DNA of 64,000 nucleotides from Candidatus Kerfeldbacteria bacterium (GTDB taxonomy: Bacteria; Patescibacteriota; Patescibacteriia; SBBC01; CAIJZX01). Made by a program: the position numbers and the translations under genes. The notes beneath the pieces were generated by a model. It saw only the letters and a list, made by a program, of their open reading frames with translations, was not told the DNA's origin and did not search any database. This document shows, in pieces, positions 54,426 through 63,860 of the stretch (positions are counted from its first letter, which is position 1; the number at the start of each line of letters is the position of its first letter). The DNA lies in assembly GCA_016193315.1 (NCBI GenBank), contig JACPSJ010000001.1, positions 471,478-535,477 of the forward strand, written 5' to 3'.

Positions 54426-56333
54426 ATGGTCTATCCTTCCTGGCTACCGAAGGTTCAAGCTCACGGCCTCGACCTTCATCCTCGGCCGCCCATCATCGAC
54501 ACTGACCCGCGTCAAGCCCGGCTTGACGCGGAACGTATGTCCAGCCTGCAACAACAGGGGTCATGGCGATGGACCTCACTGATGATGTTGGTCATTGGCC
54601 TGTTGGTCGTGGTCCGCCTGGTTGATCTCCAGATAGTCAACGGCCATCGCTATCGCCAACGTGCCGAGTACAATCGGCTCCGGCTCGAATACGTGCCGGC
54701 CGCTCGTGGTTCCATTGTCGATCGTCATGGCCAGGTGCTCGCCGACAACGTGCCCAATTTTACGTTGACCGTCACTCCGGCTGACCTACCAATGACAACC
54801 GCTGATCGGCGGTTAGCGCTCACACGCTTGAGTGAGCTGACGAAGGTCCCGCTGGCAACCATCGAGGAAAAACTAGCGACGGTGTCTGCCCGCGCCGCTG
54901 ATCCGGTGGTCATACTCGACCACCTGCCGGCGGCAGGAGCTCTGCAGTGGATGGTTCAAACCAGCTCCTGGACGTGGGTCTCGATTGATGGTCGACCGAC
55001 ACGACAGTACCCTTTCGGCCTCGCCCTGTCGCCCATTCTTGGTTACGTTGGCCCGGTCACAACTGATGAGTTGCGGCAGGATCCTCAGCTCCGACCGACG
55101 ATGCTGACCGGCAAGGCAGGCCTGGAACGAATCCATAACCAACAGTTGTCCGGCACTGATGGCCAACGAGCCATCGAACGTGACGTGCTCAACCAACGCC
55201 ACCACGTTCTCCAGGAACAACCGCCGGTGACCGGAGAAACTCTGGTGCTGACAGTCGATGCCAAGCTGCAGCAACAACTCTTCGACCGCCTAGCCGAGGC
55301 CGTCCGACTGTCCCGCGGCAGCGGTGGTGGAGCCGTCGCCATCGACCCCAAAACTGGCCAGGTCTTAGCACTCGTCAGCTACCCCACCTTCGACAACAAC
55401 TGGTTCGTGACGGCCAACCACGGCAATGAAATCCGTGGCGCCCTAGCGGACCCGCATCGGCCGTTTCTCAATCGGGCAATCAGTGGCCAATATCCATCCG
55501 GCTCGATCATCAAGCCACTGATTGCCGCCGCCGGCTTGGCTGAAGATCTGATTACGCCAACCACAACCGTGATGAGCTCCGGCGGCCTACCAGTCGGTAC
55601 CGACTTTTTTCCAGATTGGAAGGCTGGCGGCCATGGCGCAACGAACTTAACCAAGGCCATTGCTGAGTCAGTTAATACATATTTCTATTATCTAGCCGGC
55701 GGTTACGAACAACATCCCGGTCTCGGGGTTGACCTGATCGTAACCTATCTCCAACGGTTCGGTTGGGGTAGTCGACTGGACATCGATCTGCCTGGCGAAG
55801 CCGCTGGGTTGTTACCGACCAGAGAGTGGCGGGCCAACGTCCGAGCCACTCCCTGGCGACTCGGCGACACCTATCACCTGGCGATCGGACAAGGCGATCT
55901 ACTGGTCACACCACTCCAGGTCGCCGTCGCCGTGGCCGCCATCGCCAACGATGGAGTCTTGTATCAGCCTCAGCTGGTGCAGGCCGTGGTCAAGAGTGCT
56001 AATCAGTCGGTGCGACGATTCAAACCAGCCGTAATCCGCCGACTCAACCTGCCGCCGTCGACGTTGTCGGTCGTCCGCCGAGCGATGCGTGAGGGCGTCC
56101 TGAGCGGAAGTTCGCAAGCTCTACAAACATTATCGGTCAATGCCGCGGGCAAAACCGGGACGGCCGAGTTCGGCAACGCCGGAAAAACGCATGCCTGGTA
56201 CACCGTTTTTGCGCCATACGAAGACCCGCAAATTGTCTTGGCGGTGGTCATCGAGGGGGGAGGGGAGGGCCACCAATCAGCACTGCCTGTCGCGCAGCGT
56301 GTTTTAGACTGGTATTTCTCGGCCGACCGTTAA
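54426..56333 (+). CDS. mrdA: Penicillin-binding protein 2
   Basis: RGSIVDR, R.YP, GKAGLE, YPSGSIIK (SxxK), SVN, IGQG, KTGTAE. Confidence 0.95.
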   Translation: MVYPSWLPKVQAHGLDLHPRPPIIDTDPRQARLDAERMSSLQQQGSWRWTSLMMLVIGLLVVVRLVDLQIVNGHRYRQRAEYNRLRLEYVPAARGSIVDRHGQVLADNVPNFTLTVTPADLPMTTADRRLALTRLSELTKVPLATIEEKLATVSARAADPVVILDHLPAAGALQWMVQTSSWTWVSIDGRPTRQYPFGLALSPILGYVGPVTTDELRQDPQLRPTMLTGKAGLERIHNQQLSGTDGQRAIERDVLNQRHHVLQEQPPVTGETLVLTVDAKLQQQLFDRLAEAVRLSRGSGGGAVAIDPKTGQVLALVSYPTFDNNWFVTANHGNEIRGALADPHRPFLNRAISGQYPSGSIIKPLIAAAGLAEDLITPTTTVMSSGGLPVGTDFFPDWKAGGHGATNLTKAIAESVNTYFYYLAGGYEQHPGLGVDLIVTYLQRFGWGSRLDIDLPGEAAGLLPTREWRANVRATPWRLGDTYHLAIGQGDLLVTPLQVAVAVAAIANDGVLYQPQLVQAVVKSANQSVRRFKPAVIRRLNLPPSTLSVVRRAMREGVLSGSSQALQTLSVNAAGKTGTAEFGNAGKTHAWYTVFAPYEDPQIVLAVVIEGGGEGHQSALPVAQRVLDWYFSADR

Positions 56334-56342
56334 AAATGAGGG

Positions 56343-56384
56343 TGTGGATAACCCATTGACACATAACGGTTTTCACCGTAGCAT
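56343..56384 (+). promoter_or_regulatory. DnaA box (reverse) abutting sigma70 promoter of greA
   Basis: TGTGGATAA 56343-56351; TTGACA(56356)-17 bp-TAGCAT. Confidence 0.7.
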
Positions 56385-56421
56385 ACGTCCGGTCGACATC
56401 CACCAGCCGTTTTCTGCGTAG

Positions 56422-56889
56422 ATGCAAGAAAAAGCCACCTATCTCACGAAAGAGGGCTTAGCCAAACTTCAGGCTGAGTTAGAGCATCTTGTTCGTGTTC
56501 GACGGAAGGAGATCGCAGCTCGAATTCAGGAAGCTAAGGAACTCGGGGATTTGTCGGAGAATGCTGAGTACCAAGAAGCGAAGAACGAACAAGCTTTCAA
56601 CGAGGGGCATATTGAGGAGCTTGAAAACACGATCAAGCACGCCCAGATAATTCCTGATGCCGCCCCGGATAATGGCCGAGTCCAAGTTGGCTCGCGGGTC
56701 AAAACTCATGATGGCTCTCGAGACTGGACGTTCTCCATCGTTGGGTCGAACGAAGCCGACCCGCGAGCGGGACGAATTTCGAATGAGTCCCCACTCGGTC
56801 GGGCGCTGCTCGGAAAAAGGATTAAGGATACCATCCGGGTCGACACCCCCAAAGGGCTGATCGAATACACCATCACTAACATCATCTAG
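56422..56889 (+). CDS. greA: Transcription elongation factor GreA
   Basis: LT.EG..KL..EL, GDLSENAEY..AK, IVG..EA....ISNESPLG.ALLG. Confidence 0.98.
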   Translation: MQEKATYLTKEGLAKLQAELEHLVRVRRKEIAARIQEAKELGDLSENAEYQEAKNEQAFNEGHIEELENTIKHAQIIPDAAPDNGRVQVGSRVKTHDGSRDWTFSIVGSNEADPRAGRISNESPLGRALLGKRIKDTIRVDTPKGLIEYTITNII

Positions 56890-56947
56890 CGAGTCGGATG
56901 CGGACCGTTGCTTGTCGACGACGGTGATCTTGGCTATACTGAGTTCA

Positions 56948-58399
56948 ATGACACGGCGAAGCGACCAGGAGCAGTTGCGTTGGCAACGACGCGCCAACCT
57001 CATCAAAGCCGGCATCGATGTCTATCCAGCTCGTACCAACCGCACGACCACTGCGGCCGACCTGCTTTCGAATTGGCGCGATAATCAGACGGTCACGATC
57101 GCCGGCCGGATCCGTTCGTTTCGGCTCCAGGGTGGTTCAGCCTTTTTGCACTTGGCAGATGAAACGGCGAAACTACAAGTATTTTTTCAAAAAAAGAATC
57201 TCTCCGCATTTACTGATTTGACCGGTCAGATTGACCTGGGAGATTTTCTCGAAGTGACCGGCACTACGTTCGTCACCAAGCGTGGAGAAAAAACGGTTGA
57301 TGCGACCACGGTGGTTTGGCTGGCGAAAGCATTGCGCCCGCTGCCATCGGAGTGGCACGGCCTAGAAGATGTGGAATTACGGTATCGATATCGTGAGCTC
57401 GATCTACTTTCCCATCAAGACGTCAAACGAACTTTTATCGACCGGGCGAGAATCTTTTCTGCGGTTCATGAATTTTTGCGGCAGCGCGGTTTCTTAGAAG
57501 TTGAAACACCGGTCTTGCAACCGATTCCCGGCGGCGCAAGTGCGAAGCCTTTCATCACGCACCACCACGCGGTTGACGCCGATATGTATTTACGGGTGGC
57601 TCCGGAACTGTATTTAAAACGATTAATTGTTGCCGGCCTTGGCCGGGTCTATGAAATAGGCCGAAATTTCCGAAATGAAGGTATGGATCGAGATCACAAT
57701 CCAGAGTTCTCCGAAATGGAATGTTACGCGGCTTTTACCGATTATCGATGGATGATGAAGTTGGTAGAAGACCTCATCATCCATGTCACCACGGTCATCC
57801 ACGGCCAGGCAGAAATACCTTGGCCCAATAAAAAAATTAGACTTCAAAAGCCGTTTGCGCGCATGACCTATCGTCAGGCCGTCCGGGAAGAAACCGGGAT
57901 AGATGTGGATACGATCGATGACAAAAAACTTCGCTCCGCGGCCACAAAAATGAAAACCGATCTCAAGGGCAAAGATAACCGGGCCCAAATGATCGATGAA
58001 ATTTTTAAAACCCACGTCCGGCCCAAAATGATCCAGCCCATTTTTATACACGACTACCCCATCGAACTTTCTCCGCTGGCGAAGAAAATATTTTCCAATC
58101 CACAATACACCGAACGCTTTCAATTATTCATCGCCGGGACGGAGCTGTGCAACGCCTTCAGCGAGCTAAACGATCCAGTCGATCAGCGTCAGCGGTTTGA
58201 AGCCCAGGAAAACATGCGCGCCAAGGGCGATGATGAGGCCCAACGGATCGATGAAACGTTCTTACGATCACTGGAATATGGCATGCCGCCGACTTCCGGT
58301 TTAGGCGTCGGGATAGATCGATTGGTGGCAGTCATCCTCGGCAAAAAAACAATCAAGGAGGTGATACTCTTTCCGACCATGAAGCCAGAATCTCCATGA
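56948..58399 (+). CDS. lysS: Lysine--tRNA ligase (class II)
   Basis: RYRYRELDL, EVETP, GGA.AKPF.THH, LRVAPELYLKRL, HNPEF, YGMPP..GLG.GIDRL. Confidence 0.98.
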   Translation: MTRRSDQEQLRWQRRANLIKAGIDVYPARTNRTTTAADLLSNWRDNQTVTIAGRIRSFRLQGGSAFLHLADETAKLQVFFQKKNLSAFTDLTGQIDLGDFLEVTGTTFVTKRGEKTVDATTVVWLAKALRPLPSEWHGLEDVELRYRYRELDLLSHQDVKRTFIDRARIFSAVHEFLRQRGFLEVETPVLQPIPGGASAKPFITHHHAVDADMYLRVAPELYLKRLIVAGLGRVYEIGRNFRNEGMDRDHNPEFSEMECYAAFTDYRWMMKLVEDLIIHVTTVIHGQAEIPWPNKKIRLQKPFARMTYRQAVREETGIDVDTIDDKKLRSAATKMKTDLKGKDNRAQMIDEIFKTHVRPKMIQPIFIHDYPIELSPLAKKIFSNPQYTERFQLFIAGTELCNAFSELNDPVDQRQRFEAQENMRAKGDDEAQRIDETFLRSLEYGMPPTSGLGVGIDRLVAVILGKKTIKEVILFPTMKPESP

Positions 58400-58476
58400 T
58401 CCCTTTAGAAATCTACGGACGAAGCGCGGACCACCCCAAGGGGCCCAGTTCTCATCCATGTAATTTCTAACGGGAT
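58399..58476. repeat. Imperfect inverted repeat spanning lysS stop to next start
   Basis: ATCCCTTTAGAAATCTACGGA ... TCCATGTAATTTCTAACGGGAT. Confidence 0.6.
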
Positions 58477-59026
58477 GACTCGTGATGAAGCGGTCGCTAT
58501 TCTCCACCAGCATGTGAAGAACGAAAATTTACGACGCCACATGTACGCCACCGAGGCGGCGATGCGGGCGTACGCCGCTAAGTACCATGGCGATCCGGAC
58601 GAGTGGGGAATGGTCGGTCTACTCCACGATTTTGATTGGGAAATTCACCCCAACCTCCATGACCATCCGCGGAAGGGCCAGTTCATCCTGGAGAGTAGGG
58701 GAGTGCCAGAACCGATCCGTCGAGCCATCCTGGCTCATGCGCCATTGACCGATGTCAAGCCAGAGTCGATGATGGAAAAATGTATTTTTGCCGTTGATGA
58801 GATGGCTGGGTTTATCGTGGCTTGTGCTTTAGTTCAGCCAGACAAACAGCTGGCTCAGGTCACCGTTGAGGGCATCAAGAAAAAACTCAAGAGCAAAGGT
58901 TTTGCCGCCAAGGTCAATCGTGGCGAAATCGCCGCCGGCGTGGCTATACTCGGCATTCCAGAAGACGAACATTACCAGAATGTCCTGGCGGCGATGCAAG
59001 GCATTCACGAAGCCTTGGGATTATGA
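58475..59026 (+). CDS. HD-domain (HDIG-type) hydrolase
   Basis: LRRH..A.E..M, GLLHDFD.E, H, AILAH, DE..G. Confidence 0.9.
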   Translation: MTRDEAVAILHQHVKNENLRRHMYATEAAMRAYAAKYHGDPDEWGMVGLLHDFDWEIHPNLHDHPRKGQFILESRGVPEPIRRAILAHAPLTDVKPESMMEKCIFAVDEMAGFIVACALVQPDKQLAQVTVEGIKKKLKSKGFAAKVNRGEIAAGVAILGIPEDEHYQNVLAAMQGIHEALGL

Positions 59027-60252
59027 TCGATCAAGCGCAACTTGAAGGCCTGCACCGTCGCGGCCGGAAGTTTCGCGGCTTGCTTCTGAAACTGAAGGAT
59101 CAAACTGGTCGAACGAACAAGGTCTTACGTCAAGAACTCGAATTACTGCAAGCCCAGATCAATGCGGCCAGCAAACTAATTCCCGCCATGCCAGCGGACG
59201 AGAAAAAGAAAACCATCGCTCGTTTAAAACCCATTTCCGACCAGATTGCTACACTGAAGGCTCAGTTAGCAAACCAGGATGAGATCAAACTTCCAAACAT
59301 TCCCCAACCCGACGTACCCGACGGCGAGGACGAGTCAGCCAATATCGTTGAACGCGAAGTGGGTAAAAAGCCGAAGCTCAAGAACCCGAAGGATTACTTA
59401 GCGCTCACTGAACCGTCGGCACTGGTTGATTTAAAACGCGGGGCCAAGGTTTCCGGCTCGCGTTTTGGCTATCTGACCGGGGTGCTAGCGCAAATGCAAT
59501 TTGCCTTGATTCAATACGCCCAGTCGGTGATTTTGAATAAAGGTTTTACCATGGTCGTCCCGCCGGTGATGGTTACCGAGGACAACATGGCCGCCATGGG
59601 CTACCTGGCCGGCGGGGGAGAGAATGATGTTTACCACCTCGAGAAGGACAAACTCTATTTAGTCGGCACCGCCGAGCAATCAATCGGACCGATGCATCGC
59701 GACGAAGTATTTACTGAAGCCGAGCTCCCGAAACGCTACCTGGCATTTTCTAGTTGCTTCCGTCGCGAAGCCGGCAGTTATGGTCAGGATACGAAAGGCA
59801 TTTTTCGCGTCCATCAGTTCGATAAGCTGGAAATGTTCTCGTTCACACTACCCGAGGCATCAGACCATGAGCACGAGTTACTATTGCGCATCCAGGAGGA
59901 GTTAATGCAAGGCCTCAAACTTCCGTATCGAGTGGTTAAACTTTGCGCCGGCGACCTCGGTTGGCCGAGCGCCCGCACCTGGGATATTGAGACCTGGCTC
60001 CCGAGCCAAGGCGCCTACCGAGAAACACACTCGACTTCAACGACGACTGATTACCAATCGCGAGCCCTGAATATAAAAGTCAAACGGAGCAGTGGGGAAA
60101 AAGAGCACGTCCACCTGCTCAATGGAACCGCCTTCGCTATCGGTCGGACACTAATAGCTATCCTGGAAAACTATCAGCAATCGGACGGGACCGTCACCAT
60201 CCCACCCGTGCTCCAACCTTTCCTCAACGGGCTAGCGGCCATTGGTCGCTAG
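59023..60252 (+). CDS. serS: Serine--tRNA ligase
   Basis: N-terminal coiled arm, LPN, LVGTAE, CFRREAG..G.DT.GIFRVHQF.K.E, H.LNGT. Confidence 0.98.
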   Translation: MIDQAQLEGLHRRGRKFRGLLLKLKDQTGRTNKVLRQELELLQAQINAASKLIPAMPADEKKKTIARLKPISDQIATLKAQLANQDEIKLPNIPQPDVPDGEDESANIVEREVGKKPKLKNPKDYLALTEPSALVDLKRGAKVSGSRFGYLTGVLAQMQFALIQYAQSVILNKGFTMVVPPVMVTEDNMAAMGYLAGGGENDVYHLEKDKLYLVGTAEQSIGPMHRDEVFTEAELPKRYLAFSSCFRREAGSYGQDTKGIFRVHQFDKLEMFSFTLPEASDHEHELLLRIQEELMQGLKLPYRVVKLCAGDLGWPSARTWDIETWLPSQGAYRETHSTSTTTDYQSRALNIKVKRSSGEKEHVHLLNGTAFAIGRTLIAILENYQQSDGTVTIPPVLQPFLNGLAAIGR

Positions 60253-60262
60253 CAAATCCCGC

Positions 60263-61378
60263 ATGGCTTTCGTCGACCGGACCTGGATTGAGTTGTCGAC
60301 CACGGCCCTCTACCACAATCTCTATCAGGTTCGTCAGGCCATCGGACCGGAGGTGGGGATCGCAGCGGTGCTGAAAGCCAACGCCTACGGTCATGGCTGG
60401 CGTCAACTCTGGCCGCTGCTGGCCAGCCAGCGCCTACGAGCAATTGCGGTTGCCCACGGCCATGAGGCACTAGCTCTTCGCCAGGATGGCTACCGTGGCC
60501 CGCTTATTGTCCTCACCCACTGGCTGCCAAACCAGCTCGGACGGTTAGTTTCCCACCAGGTCGAGCTCGTGGTTTGGGATTTCGAGTCATGGAAACACGT
60601 TCAGTACATGGCGCGGCGATTACGCCGACCAGTCCAACTCCACCTGAAGCTCGATACCGGTACGTCGCGCATCGGTTTTGTTGAACGCGACCTGCCGAGC
60701 TTACGACGTTTTCTTTCCACCCATCCTTCGTCGGTCACTATCCGCGGCATTTTCTCGCACCTGGCCAATGCTGAGGAGTGGTCAACACAAAGAACGAATG
60801 GCCAGATCAAGTATTTTACGACCCTAACAAGTAAACTGCGCATAACGGCCGATGAATACCACCTCGCCTGTACCGCCGCGGCCCTACGATACCCGGCCAG
60901 TCGGCTATCGTTTATTCGCCTCGGCATCGGTTTATACGGCCATTGGCCTTCGACGGCCATTGAACGTTGGGCTAGGGGGCGGCCGATTCGACTGCAGCCG
61001 GTTCTGTCATGGTACAGTCGTCTCAGTCAAGTCAAGCGCGTGCCACGTGGAGCGGCTGTTGGTTACGGTTCGACGGTGCAGGTCAGACGTCCAACGGTGC
61101 TCGGTCTTATTCCGGTTGGGTATAGCGACGGCTACGATCGGCGGGCCTCAAACCGATGGTGGGTGATAGTCAATAATCGTCGGGCCCCAGTCATCGGTCG
61201 GGTATCGATGAATCTCTTAACCGTCGATTTAACTGATGTGCCGGGCCCGGTGGCTGGGCAACGTCTGACCCTGGTCGGCACCGGGGTGTCGCCCGAAGCG
61301 TTCAGCCGGGCGGTCGGGACGATCCACTATGAAGTTCTATCCCGCCTTCATCCGGATATTCCCCGCTACCCAGTATGA
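60263..61378 (+). CDS. alr: Alanine racemase
   Basis: AVLKANAYGHG, HLKLDTG..RIG, FSH, R.GIGLYG, GYSDGY.R, GRVSM, TIHYE. Confidence 0.96.
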   Translation: MAFVDRTWIELSTTALYHNLYQVRQAIGPEVGIAAVLKANAYGHGWRQLWPLLASQRLRAIAVAHGHEALALRQDGYRGPLIVLTHWLPNQLGRLVSHQVELVVWDFESWKHVQYMARRLRRPVQLHLKLDTGTSRIGFVERDLPSLRRFLSTHPSSVTIRGIFSHLANAEEWSTQRTNGQIKYFTTLTSKLRITADEYHLACTAAALRYPASRLSFIRLGIGLYGHWPSTAIERWARGRPIRLQPVLSWYSRLSQVKRVPRGAAVGYGSTVQVRRPTVLGLIPVGYSDGYDRRASNRWWVIVNNRRAPVIGRVSMNLLTVDLTDVPGPVAGQRLTLVGTGVSPEAFSRAVGTIHYEVLSRLHPDIPRYPV

Positions 61379-62409
61379 TCTTCCGAACCGGCCGGCGGCG
61401 CACGGTGCCCGAAGCGAACCCCATTGGCCCGCGGCGTTCAGAAAACCCGCTCTTCACCCCTCCAACCTCAGCCTTTGGGCGCTATCGCCGCCGGATCATC
61501 GCCTCCACCATCGCCGCCGTGGCCGGAGTCGGCCTGGCGGTCCTTACCTACGGGGCGTGGTTTGCCGTTGAGGCCGTCACCATTTCCGGAGTCCATCAAC
61601 TCGACCCAGCCAGCCTGGAACGAGTGGCCTGGCAATATCTTGACCGCCAACGCTGGTTGATCATCCCAAACCGCACACTGTGGTTGCTCTCGACGACTGA
61701 TCTGGCGAATTATCTTCGCACCAAGATTGAGCGCCGTCTGTCGGTCGAGCAAGTCATAGTCAATAAGCAATTCCCTCATCGTCTCACGGTGCGGGTGCTC
61801 GAGCGGATCCCCATCTTTGTTTGGCGTAGTAACGATCAGCAGTTTACCATCGATCGACAGGGGATTGTGATCGAACAATTGCCCCCCTCCACCAGCTCTG
61901 GCTGGCCAATCATAATCGATGAGCAACCGGAAGTGGTCAACATCCAAACTCGCGTCATCGACGGCACCGTGGTTGAAGCCTTGCAGGATTTAGACCGTCT
62001 GATGGTGGCCGCCAACTTCGATGTGGCGAACTATCTTATCCCGATCCCAACCTGTCCGCCGCCAGCAGCGATACCGAGTACAAACGTAAACGGGATCACG
62101 AATACGAACCTCAACGCTAATGCATCGCCCGTCGTCAACAACGATCAACGACTGGACTTATTATCGAACGGGCCAGCGACAAACACGCCCAGTCAACCTC
62201 AGACCACTCCAGACTGTGATCTCCCGGGCCTGCACTTCCGCAGCCTGGAGCTTCACGCACAATTGCGCGACGGGCCACGCCTCCTGTTCGATCGTCAACA
62301 AGATCTCGACCAGGCCGTCGCCATCGCGCAACGAGTTCTGCTCGACCCGGCCAACCGCCAAGCCAACTATATCGACATCCGATTCGGCGAACGCGTCTAC
62401 GTGCGCTAG
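61375..62409 (+). CDS. FtsQ/DivIB-like protein (TM + POTRA + beta domain) with inserted loop
   Basis: TM, F.V..V.I.G, V.KQFPHRL.V.V.ER, ID..G, C-terminal YIDIRFGERVY. Confidence 0.8.
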   Translation: MIFRTGRRRTVPEANPIGPRRSENPLFTPPTSAFGRYRRRIIASTIAAVAGVGLAVLTYGAWFAVEAVTISGVHQLDPASLERVAWQYLDRQRWLIIPNRTLWLLSTTDLANYLRTKIERRLSVEQVIVNKQFPHRLTVRVLERIPIFVWRSNDQQFTIDRQGIVIEQLPPSTSSGWPIIIDEQPEVVNIQTRVIDGTVVEALQDLDRLMVAANFDVANYLIPIPTCPPPAAIPSTNVNGITNTNLNANASPVVNNDQRLDLLSNGPATNTPSQPQTTPDCDLPGLHFRSLELHAQLRDGPRLLFDRQQDLDQAVAIAQRVLLDPANRQANYIDIRFGERVYVR

Positions 62410-62509
62410 AGCTCCGAAGAATCAATTAGAGTCTTAAAAGATACCTTCTGCGACGCTAATAAAAACAATTTGACCTGATCTGGCGCGGTCTGAGGGGGTT
62501 CCCTACTGC

Positions 62510-63817
62510 TTAGGGTAGGTACCGGAGTGGGTCGTCGGGAATTCCGTCGGCCCGAATTTCAAAGTGAAGGTGGGCACCAGTGGTGATTCCGCCCGCGCCC
62601 GCCGTCCCCGGTAGTCCGCCCGACAGACCAACCACCTCACCCTGCTTTACAAATTGGTCAGGCTTGAGGTAGATGGTGCTGAGGTGGAGGTAGCGGCTAG
62701 AAATACCGTCGGCATGGACTAGCCCCAAGAAGTTCAGGGCACTGCGGGTCTTGCGTCCGGCATTGTCGTAATAAAACCCGCGATCGCTGATGACTGAAAC
62801 GACGCCGTCGGCGGTCGCCCGGACTGGTGTCCCTTGGGGCACGGCGATATCAAGGCCGGAGTGCTCCAGGCAGTAGGGGCTCTTCCATATGGCGCAGCGG
62901 AATGGATAGGTCGAATCATGAAAATAGGCGCTAATCGTCCCCCGCACTGGCCACAGGAACCCGCGCGAGGAAAATGCTGGCGGATCGTCGTCGCCACTCA
63001 GTTGGAGTTGGATTTGACGCTCCAGAGCACCGATGGTGGCATTCGCCTGTTGTTCTTCGCGAACGGATTGCTGTAGCAATTCGTTATATTGTCCAGCCGT
63101 TCGCTCGACGCTGCTCAGTAACGTCTCTTGCAACTGGCGTTGGTCAACCGTCGATTGATGGTCGATTTCTAATTGCAGCTTGGCTTGCTCGACGTCGTCC
63201 TTGGTCCGGCCCAGTTGATCAAACTTGGCCTGGAGCTCATCCTTCAGACGCCGAATCATGCCCACGTTCTCTTGGAGTGATTGGTTGAGGCTAGCATAAG
63301 CTTGCGCCTGATCGAAGAATCCCGCAAAGTTTGATTGGGTCAGGACCACCGTCAGCAACGGCGTGCGTGAGGTACGATCGAGCTGCTTGAGCGTTTCGGC
63401 CAACTGGCCTTGCCGGTTCCGTAACTGCTCGTTTTTGTCGTCGATTGACGCCTGGACCGAAGTCATTTCTAACTGCAGCTTGGCGATTTCTTCTTCCTTG
63501 GTCTTAATGTCAAAGTTGGTGAGGGCTATTTGGTGATCGATGGCGGCGATTTGCGATTGGACATCCTGAATTTCCGTCCGAGCCTGGTTCACAGCCTGTT
63601 CGTAGGACGCCGATTGGCGTCGTAAATCTTCGATCCTTTGACGTTTGGCCTCAATTTGCGCATTCAAATCAGCGATCGGGTCGACCGCCGGAGCCACCGT
63701 CGGTGCTTCAGACTGGGCCCAGGCGTTGAATTGGGACCAGGCAAAAAAACTGCCGATCATGACCAGGGCCATCAGAAACCCAACTATGGATAGAGACTTG
63801 TGTTTTCGCTTTTCCAT
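62510..63817 (-). CDS. Coiled-coil M23 peptidase (EnvC/CwlO-like architecture)
   Basis: Signal/TM, long coiled coil, WPV.G.I, HSGLD, YLHL, TGAHLHFEIR; start ATG 63817. Confidence 0.92.
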   Translation of the reverse strand: MEKRKHKSLSIVGFLMALVMIGSFFAWSQFNAWAQSEAPTVAPAVDPIADLNAQIEAKRQRIEDLRRQSASYEQAVNQARTEIQDVQSQIAAIDHQIALTNFDIKTKEEEIAKLQLEMTSVQASIDDKNEQLRNRQGQLAETLKQLDRTSRTPLLTVVLTQSNFAGFFDQAQAYASLNQSLQENVGMIRRLKDELQAKFDQLGRTKDDVEQAKLQLEIDHQSTVDQRQLQETLLSSVERTAGQYNELLQQSVREEQQANATIGALERQIQLQLSGDDDPPAFSSRGFLWPVRGTISAYFHDSTYPFRCAIWKSPYCLEHSGLDIAVPQGTPVRATADGVVSVISDRGFYYDNAGRKTRSALNFLGLVHADGISSRYLHLSTIYLKPDQFVKQGEVVGLSGGLPGTAGAGGITTGAHLHFEIRADGIPDDPLRYLP

Positions 63818-63831
63818 ATTCGTTCCCGTCA

Positions 63832-63860
63832 AGGGTAGCACAAACGGACGCTCGCGTCAA
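63832..63860 (-). promoter_or_regulatory. sigma70-type promoter for M23 gene
   Basis: TTGACG-17 bp-TACCCT with TGn on minus strand. Confidence 0.6.
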
